The notes beneath the pieces were generated by a model. It saw nothing but the letters and a program-made list of their open reading frames with translations, was not told where the DNA came from and did no database searches. From positions 2,494,022 through 2,558,021 of the forward strand of contig OZ240232.1 of NCBI GenBank assembly GCA_965197895.1: a stretch of DNA of 64,000 nt. The letters run 5' to 3'. Source of the DNA: Candidatus Versatilivoraceae bacterium (GTDB taxonomy: Bacteria > Acidobacteriota > Terriglobia > Versatilivoradales > Versatilivoraceae). Positions 58,093 to 64,000 of the stretch are shown here, one piece after another. Position numbers and translations under genes: made by a program. The first letter of the stretch is position 1. Every line of letters starts with the position of its first letter.

Positions 58093-58560
58093 CTACCACT
58101 CGCTATAGGCCGTTCCCTCAGACGAGATCGCCGCGGAACTGCTGTGGACGTCAAAAATCCCGACCTCGAGCTGGTCCGGGAACATGGAGGCATCCTCCAT
58201 GACAATCTGCCAGTCGGTGTTGTTGGTGATCGGATCCTTGGGGAGAGAACGAAGGTAGCCTGCCGTGACCAGGTCCTCCAGGCTCTGAGGAGCCTTCCGC
58301 TTGTCCGCGGTATACTGGTCGATGAGGGTGCGCAGTGTGTGCAGGTTGCTCTTCAAGACGGACTCGCGGGCGCGCAGGATCGCTGAGTCGGCAATTGGCA
58401 GAGCAACGCTGACCAGTATCGACACGATCGTGAGCACGATCATCAGCTCGATGAGGGTGAAGCCGTTCTCCCGCGACCTCGAACCCGCGCCGAAGCTGGC
58501 GGTTTCCCGAGGTTTCAGTCGGCTCAATTCCTTCCTACCAATCCGAGTATTTAGAGTCAT
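58093..58560 (-). CDS. type II secretion / type IV pilin-like pseudopilin
   Basis: Prepilin N-methylation motif GFTLIELMIVLTIVSILVSVALP. The start is uncertain. Confidence 0.65.
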   Translation of the reverse strand: MTLNTRIGRKELSRLKPRETASFGAGSRSRENGFTLIELMIVLTIVSILVSVALPIADSAILRARESVLKSNLHTLRTLIDQYTADKRKAPQSLEDLVTAGYLRSLPKDPITNNTDWQIVMEDASMFPDQLEVGIFDVHSSSAAISSEGTAYSEW

Positions 58561-59014
58561 CCAAAGCGATTCCTCTGCTTTTGCTGTAAACGTCATAGAC
58601 GTTCTTCCCACCGTGGGTGGTTGAATCCCAATCGTCCTGCGAGGATCGCAACCCCCATTCCTTGGCTCCGGTCATGGGATCTATCGGTATGCGGCGCAGG
58701 AAGCGTATTCGCTTGTCGACCGCATTGAGTTGGTCCACGCCTTTCACCAGCGTTTCCAGATCAACCGGATAGCCTTCCGTGCCGTACTTCACTTCGATTT
58801 GACCGGAGAGCGCATAGTCATGATAGCGATCGATGGCGGTTCTCATCGCCCTCAGGGCCCGGCGAAGCTCAACCTCCTTTTGGCGTTTCATCACAACCTT
58901 GGCCAGTGGCAGGGCTCCCAGGGCCAGGATGCTCACAATGGTGACCGTGGCGATGAGTTCCACCAGAGTCAATCCCCGGCAAGAGGACCGGAATTTCTTG
59001 ACAGAGACCGTCAT
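58535..59014 (-). CDS. GspG-like major pseudopilin
   Basis: GLTLVELIATVTIVSILALGALP followed by ...LRAMRTAIDRYHD, typical of GspG. The start is uncertain. Confidence 0.7.
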   Translation of the reverse strand: MTVSVKKFRSSCRGLTLVELIATVTIVSILALGALPLAKVVMKRQKEVELRRALRAMRTAIDRYHDYALSGQIEVKYGTEGYPVDLETLVKGVDQLNAVDKRIRFLRRIPIDPMTGAKEWGLRSSQDDWDSTTHGGKNVYDVYSKSRGIALDDSKYSDW

Positions 59015-59037
59015 GGCATCGGGGCACATGGCTGGCA

Positions 59038-61290
59038 TTACTTGACCGTCACTTGAGCGTTAGTGAAGCTGGTGGGAATGGCCGTCTGGCTGCTATCCCG
59101 CAAGAGAGAGTTGGGACCAAAGGAAAGGCTGCCGTCTCCGGACCCGACGGCCTCGAACCTGAGGTTCGTCAGCAATCCTGTCCCGCTGACACCCGAACCT
59201 TCCGGAGGGCGGGTCATCGAGACCACTACTCGTCCCAATTGGTTGTCCGGCCGCTGGGCCAAAGCCACGGAATTCCCGTCACTGCTGAGGAACCCTCCCG
59301 CCTGAACGTCCACCAACTGCAAGTTTGCAGGGTTGAACCTGAGATTGAATGAAAGCCCATGAACCTGTTGGGCATTGGTAACCGAGACGGCAACCGTGAA
59401 CTGATTGCCCAGTGCCACCGGTTCGGAAGGGGGGATCAGCTTAACGAAAGCCAGACGGGGAACGGGTCGATCGCTACGGGCTGCCGGTACCTCTGGGGAG
59501 AGAGAAGTCTCATCCACGGCTGCCGAGCCACCGTTGTTGGTGGTGGTTGGCTCTTCTGCCGGATCCGGCTTGGCCGCCGGAACTTCTCCGATGAGTTGCT
59601 TGCGCCGGCCCAGGAACTTGGGATTGTTGCTCGATCCCAACAGGGCCAGGGAGGCTTCCTCCTCCAGGAGATCAGGGAGCCGAAGGATTCGCGGCGTAAT
59701 CACGATGATGACTTCATTGTCCGCAACCCTATTGTCTTCAGTGGAGAAGAGGTATCGGAGCAGTGGAATCTTGCTCAGACCGGGCACCCCTTCGATGGTT
59801 ACTGTGTCCGACTGTTGGATGATGCCGCCCACGATGCTGGATTCGCCTTCCCGTAAGCGGATGTCGTGGTCGATCTCTCTGTTGGCCAGGATGGGATAAC
59901 GATTCCCATCCAGGGTTTCAAAACCTGTAATGGTCTTCAAGGCAACGGTAATCTTCATCGCGATATCGCGATTGAGCAGGACGTGGGGAGTTATGTCCAG
60001 GGTGACTCCCACGTCCACCGTGGTGAAAGTGGTAAAGGCTCCTCCCCCAAAGCCTGCGGTGCCACCGATTCCGGAAGAAAAACTTCCCGAGGCCACCGGT
60101 TGCTGGGTACCGACCCTCAATTTAGCCAGTTTCCCGTCCGTAGACCGCAGGGTCGGATTCTGCAACACGCGACCGTTTGCCCGGGTGTAAAGATGCCCCA
60201 GTTGGGTGGAAGGAACGGTGACGAAGAAATTGCTGCCTCCGATCTGTCTCAAGTCCTTGACGGCAATGATGCTGGTGCCTTCAGCCGGCGGGTTGTCCCC
60301 GGAGTAATCGATCACATTCGGTAAACCGGGTCTGATCCCCAGGAACTGTCTGATGGTGCGCAGCACCTCGAGGATCAGGACCTCGATCAGGACCTCGGGC
60401 TTGGACCTATCAATGGATCGCAAGATTTGCTCGGCGGCAGCCACCTTGTCGGGGGTGTCTCTCACCACGATGGCGTTTTGGGAATCTACCTGAGCAACCT
60501 TGTTCATCAGTAGCAACGATCGCAGAGCGGTGGTGATTTGACCTAATTCCTGCTGGTCGTCCACGTTGGATAAGTGAAAGATTTTGATGATCTCTTCCTG
60601 GTACCGCTGCCGGGTTTGCTGAGTGTCTACGGCAACCAGAATGGTATTTTCCTTGATGGCGGACCAGTAGGTCTTGCTCTGCAAGGAGAGAAGATCCAGA
60701 GCTTCAGTGAGGGTCACATCACTGAGATCGAGTGCAACTTGCGAAGGGCTCGGATTGAAGTCGGGAGCGAAAATGACGTTGATGCCGCCAAGCTTCCCCA
60801 GCGTCTCGTAGGCACGCCGAACTTCCCCGGAAAGCTTAATGAAGGGCAGGAATTGTTGGGAAGGAGGCACGGCTGCGCCCGGTTGAGCGGACTTCTTTTC
60901 CTCTGCCTGCTTCTCCCGTTTACGGATCAGTGCGGTAACGGCCGTCACCTCTTGTTCGGCCGAAGTGATGGAGGGGTCAATGGCTAAGGCGCGCTGGAAT
61001 TCCTGGAGGGCCTCCTCCAGGCGGTTAGCGTTCTTGAGATGTCTGCCCTGGTCAAAATGAGCGATGGCTGCTTGAAAGCGCGCCCGCTGAAAGTGGAGAC
61101 GATAGTTGGTATTGCCCGGATCCTGGTTGAGGGCTTCTTCGTAGCTTTGCAAGGCAGCGTCGTAGTTCTTGAGCTTCTCGTACTCGAGACCCCGCTTGAA
61201 GGCACTGGAGCCGCCGCATGAGAGTAGTGTGGTGGTCAGAATGAGAGCGAAGAGCAGAGGTGGAGGGGAGGTTTTGTTGTGCAGAGCCAT
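59038..61290 (-). CDS. secretin (GspD/PilQ family) lipoprotein with N-terminal TPR repeats and C-terminal cohesin-like domain
   Basis: Lipobox LLSCGGS. TPR (YEKLKNYDAALQSYEEAL...). Secretin core GVPGLSKIPLLRYLF...VIIVITPRIL. The C-terminal FTVAVSVTNAQQVHGLSFNLRFNP is cohesin-like. Confidence 0.8.
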   Translation of the reverse strand: MALHNKTSPPPLLFALILTTTLLSCGGSSAFKRGLEYEKLKNYDAALQSYEEALNQDPGNTNYRLHFQRARFQAAIAHFDQGRHLKNANRLEEALQEFQRALAIDPSITSAEQEVTAVTALIRKREKQAEEKKSAQPGAAVPPSQQFLPFIKLSGEVRRAYETLGKLGGINVIFAPDFNPSPSQVALDLSDVTLTEALDLLSLQSKTYWSAIKENTILVAVDTQQTRQRYQEEIIKIFHLSNVDDQQELGQITTALRSLLLMNKVAQVDSQNAIVVRDTPDKVAAAEQILRSIDRSKPEVLIEVLILEVLRTIRQFLGIRPGLPNVIDYSGDNPPAEGTSIIAVKDLRQIGGSNFFVTVPSTQLGHLYTRANGRVLQNPTLRSTDGKLAKLRVGTQQPVASGSFSSGIGGTAGFGGGAFTTFTTVDVGVTLDITPHVLLNRDIAMKITVALKTITGFETLDGNRYPILANREIDHDIRLREGESSIVGGIIQQSDTVTIEGVPGLSKIPLLRYLFSTEDNRVADNEVIIVITPRILRLPDLLEEEASLALLGSSNNPKFLGRRKQLIGEVPAAKPDPAEEPTTTNNGGSAAVDETSLSPEVPAARSDRPVPRLAFVKLIPPSEPVALGNQFTVAVSVTNAQQVHGLSFNLRFNPANLQLVDVQAGGFLSSDGNSVALAQRPDNQLGRVVVSMTRPPEGSGVSGTGLLTNLRFEAVGSGDGSLSFGPNSLLRDSSQTAIPTSFTNAQVTVK

Positions 61291-61492
61291 CGATAGCCCC
61301 CAACGACTGAAACCGCTTGGAGTTCGTTTCGCCTGATGAGTCGTCAGAACCAATCCAACGTTCCCAAATGAGTCGAAAGCTTCCAATTCCCCCGGTAAGG
61401 CTTTTTTCTACGACTTGGTGCAGTCTAGCACAAATGGAAACTGATGAAAATGAATGGCTTTCTGACCTTTTGCGGGTGCTCGCCGCACTGGA

Positions 61493-62299
61493 TCATCCGT
61501 GAAAGGCCGCCGCTCCCCGGAAGCTCACCTCCACAGTGTTTCCGCAAGAGTCATGGTGGGCCAAGGGGGGGGCGGGCGAGTTCCAGTAGCGGTGCGATTG
61601 GCTCTCGAGACGGCTGAGAACCGGCTCGATGATCTTCCAGACGTTTGCGGCAACGATCTCTTGGCCCCGCACATTGGGGTGTATCCCGTCCGGAAAATTG
61701 AGCTCGGGTTGCCCTGCGACACCTTCCAACAGGAAAGGGATCAACAGGGTTTGGTGTTTTTCGGCAACTTTCGGAAAGAGGGAGCGAAACTGCCGGACAT
61801 ATTGCGCTCCGTAATTGGGTGGGATTTGCATGCCAGCCAACACCACCGTCACCCGGGGATATCGAGACGTCGTTTTTGAAACAATGGACTCAAGATTTTT
61901 TTGGGTCTCTTTCAAGGGGAGACCGCGCAGGGCATCGTTGCCTCCGACGGCCAGAATCAAGACGTCAAGCCTTCGTTGCAGTAACCAGTCCAGACGGCGC
62001 AAGGCGGCAGCGGTGGTGTCTCCGCCCAGCCCTGCGTTGATCACCTCGAAATTCCAACCCAAGGCATCGATTTTCCCTTGCAGCAGAGCAGGGTAGGCTT
62101 GGGACTGATCCAGTCGATAACCGGCCGTAAGGCTGTCCCCCAGGCAGAGGACAGTCATCGCAGCGGGCGCGGGGGACGCTGGGGGGTCTGGCGACCGTTG
62201 GACAGGCCGATGCTGCTGCGACGGATTCTCCTGAGAGCAAGCCGAAAGCAGGATGCAAGTCAGGAGGGTACCCGAGAATTTTACGAAACCTGTTGGCAT
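61493..62299 (-). CDS. SGNH/GDSL esterase (TesA-like arylesterase), lipoprotein
   Basis: Block I LCLGDSLTAGY, block III GGND and block V DGIHPN. Divergent from the ABC ATPase, as in tesA-ybbA loci. Confidence 0.8.
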   Translation of the reverse strand: MPTGFVKFSGTLLTCILLSACSQENPSQQHRPVQRSPDPPASPAPAAMTVLCLGDSLTAGYRLDQSQAYPALLQGKIDALGWNFEVINAGLGGDTTAAALRRLDWLLQRRLDVLILAVGGNDALRGLPLKETQKNLESIVSKTTSRYPRVTVVLAGMQIPPNYGAQYVRQFRSLFPKVAEKHQTLLIPFLLEGVAGQPELNFPDGIHPNVRGQEIVAANVWKIIEPVLSRLESQSHRYWNSPAPPLAHHDSCGNTVEVSFRGAAAFHG

Positions 62300-62547
62300 G
62301 GACTGTCTCTACCTTCCGGGGAGCGTTATTATTATGGCCCGCCTGAAACTATGCAACAATATCCCGCCAAACGGTGCACGGCAGCCGAGGAGGCGTGACC
62401 TCGCAACGGGCCATCCAATGAGATTGGCTTTCAGCCGAAATTTATCCTTTCGTTTGTGAGCCTGCAGCCCCGGTTACCGTGAGGCCGTCCATCCGCTCCA
62501 ATCCGGGAGTTAACTTCTTGAATATCCCTTCAGACCAGGTTCCAGCG

Positions 62548-63270
62548 ATGCTGCAGGTCGACCGCCTCACCAAGAGCTACCGCAGCGGCGAGCGGCTGCT
62601 CACCGTGGTCGACGACGTTACCTTCTCCATTGAACCCGGGGCAAGCTGCTCTATTCTGGGTCCTTCCGGTAGTGGAAAAACCACTCTGCTGGGACTCTGT
62701 GCCGGGCTGGACCGACCAACCTCAGGATCGGTCATGCTCAACGGCAGGACCTTGGATGACCTCACCCAAGACCAACTGGCTGACCTTCGTAGCCAACAGG
62801 TGGGGTTTGTGTTCCAGACGTTCCTGTTGGTCCCCACCCTGACTGCTCTGGAAAATATCGTGGTTCCCCTGGAATTGCGGGGAAGGCAAGACCGCTCATG
62901 GGCCTTAGAGCTGCTTCACCAGGTCGGATTGTCAGATCGGGCTCATCATTACCCGGCCCAACTATCCGGTGGTGAACAGCAGAGAGTCGGATTGGCTCGG
63001 GCATTCGTCAATCGCCCCAAGATCCTGTTTGCCGATGAACCCACGGGGAACCTGGATGCCGATACCGGTGACAAGGTCATCGAGTTGCTCCTCAAAATGA
63101 ACCAGGCGTTCGGCACGACTCTGTTGGTGGTGACCCATGACTTGGAGCTGTGCGGCAAGACCCAGAGGATTTTGAAGCTCAGGGGTGGGAGGATCAGCTC
63201 AGACCGGCGCATACCACCCGCTGACGGTCCTGACCGCAATGGAATTCAAGCAGGCGCGAGGCCTACCTGA
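62548..63270 (+). CDS. ABC transporter ATP-binding protein (YbbA/LolD-like)
   Basis: Walker A GPSGSGKTT, signature LSGGEQQRV and Walker B ILFADEPT. Start was moved to MLQVDRLTKSY. Confidence 0.85.
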   Translation: MLQVDRLTKSYRSGERLLTVVDDVTFSIEPGASCSILGPSGSGKTTLLGLCAGLDRPTSGSVMLNGRTLDDLTQDQLADLRSQQVGFVFQTFLLVPTLTALENIVVPLELRGRQDRSWALELLHQVGLSDRAHHYPAQLSGGEQQRVGLARAFVNRPKILFADEPTGNLDADTGDKVIELLLKMNQAFGTTLLVVTHDLELCGKTQRILKLRGGRISSDRRIPPADGPDRNGIQAGARPT

Positions 63271-63271
63271 G

Positions 63272-64000
63272 ATGGGGTCCATCTTCACAGCCTGGGCCTG
63301 GAAAATGGCTTGGCGGGACAGTCGGTCCAGCCGTGGTCAGTTGTTACTGTTTACCACTTCCATCATGTTGGGAGTAGCCGCCCTGGTAGCGATCAGTTCC
63401 TTTCGTACTAACCTGAAGAGCGCCCTCGACCGGCAAGCCAAGACCTTGCTGGGGGCCGATTTGCTGGTTCGCAGTCGGAGACCGCTCACACCGGAGGCCC
63501 AAGCGGTGGTCAATAGTCTGGGCGGTCGGCAGGCCCGAGAGGTGAGATTCCCCTCGATGGTCTATTTTGCCGGGAGTGGCGGCAGCCGGCTGGCCCAAGT
63601 TCGAGCCGGTGAGACGGACTTTCCTTTCTATGGGATGGTCGAGGTGGAGCCGCCCCATGCCCACAGGAAGCTGGAGAAGGGTCCGTATGCCCTGGTCGAG
63701 GATAGTTTAATGACCCAGTTGGATGCTCGGCCGGGTGAGGTCATCCGGGTTGGGGGAACGTCGTTCCAGATTGCCGGGCGGCTCAAGCAAATGCCCGGCG
63801 AATCGTTGGGGAGCAACCTTGTCGGGGGCCGGGTCTATATCCCCTTGGCCTATCTGGAACAAACGCAGCTTCTGCGTCGGGGGAGTACGGCTTCCTTTCG
63901 AGTTTATTTCAAATTTGACGACAGGGTTCACCTGGAGTCGTTGTTGCAGCGCATTCAGCCCCAGTTGCTGGAGCATCACCTGGAGACTGAAACCGTGGAG
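63272..64000 (+). CDS. FtsX-like ABC permease (YbbP-like), 5' partial, runs off the window
   Basis: Hand-translated open frame MGSIFTAWAWKMAWRDSRSSRGQLLLFTTSIMLGVAALVAISSF..., 243 codons without a stop. It is not in the ORF track because there is no stop in the window. Confidence 0.7.
   Translation, partial: MGSIFTAWAWKMAWRDSRSSRGQLLLFTTSIMLGVAALVAISSFRTNLKSALDRQAKTLLGADLLVRSRRPLTPEAQAVVNSLGGRQAREVRFPSMVYFAGSGGSRLAQVRAGETDFPFYGMVEVEPPHAHRKLEKGPYALVEDSLMTQLDARPGEVIRVGGTSFQIAGRLKQMPGESLGSNLVGGRVYIPLAYLEQTQLLRRGSTASFRVYFKFDDRVHLESLLQRIQPQLLEHHLETETVE

Noticed and set aside
1-64000. CRISPR arrays, rRNA genes, reverse transcriptase (retron/DGR) and prophage structural genes.
   Set aside because: No regularly spaced direct repeats, rRNA-like sequence, RT motifs (YxDD) or capsid/terminase-like ORFs were seen in any frame.

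Overview
This is a 64-kb window from a high-GC Gram-negative genome. The gene content points to an Acidobacteriota- or PVC-like organism (inference only): split gcvPA/gcvPB, a DUF1501 + PSCyt/DUF1549/DUF1553 pair, a TPR-secretin-cohesin protein with pseudopilins, and a GT9 heptosyltransferase.

Layout:
- (1) 1-17.9 kb is a housekeeping block: PhoX-like phosphatase, OSBS-family enolase, GT9, M20 peptidase, gcvPA/PB, rimO, yacG, pgpA, cinA, gpsA, Nudix, MOSC.
- (2) tRNA-Ser(GGA) at 17982 opens a ~21-kb mosaic accessory/defence island (18.1-39.0 kb), visibly heterogeneous in base composition. It carries transposase debris, an orphan PD-(D/E)xK-like protein, an SF1 UvrD-like helicase with a RelE/ParE-like N-terminal domain, and a decayed integrase-proximal module. 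It also carries vapBC, a type I R-M operon (hsdR-hsdS-hsdM) whose hsdR is split at the Walker A motif by an IS1634-family element, and an orphan 364-aa protein. Further in are an ISKra4-family IS with TIRs and TSD, a TIR-domain/Zn-ribbon protein divergent from a 2-TM protein, and a truncated P4-type integrase abutting a 116-bp MITE.
- (3) 39.0-49.0 kb is bracketed by two inverted 263-bp GC-rich MITE-like repeats. It holds two more VapBC-type TA pairs, an endostatin-like lipoprotein, a threonine dehydratase and the DUF1501/DUF1553 pair.
- (4) tRNA-Ala(CGC) at 49115 carries a 3.9-kb decayed P4-like integrative element delimited by 15-bp att repeats. It contains the integrase, a small conserved ORF, higBA and a primase remnant.
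- (5) 53.1-64 kb is core again: DUF255 thioredoxin-fold protein, thiG, pseudopilins + secretin, GDSL esterase, ABC ATPase + FtsX-like permease.

Best candidates for undescribed biology:
- the TIR/2-TM gene pair;
- the toxin-domain-helicase fusion;
- the orphan nuclease-like proteins;
- a 133-nt structured element conserved downstream of integrase modules in both islands.

No CRISPR array or rRNA was seen. All family assignments come from motif recognition by eye, not from database searches.
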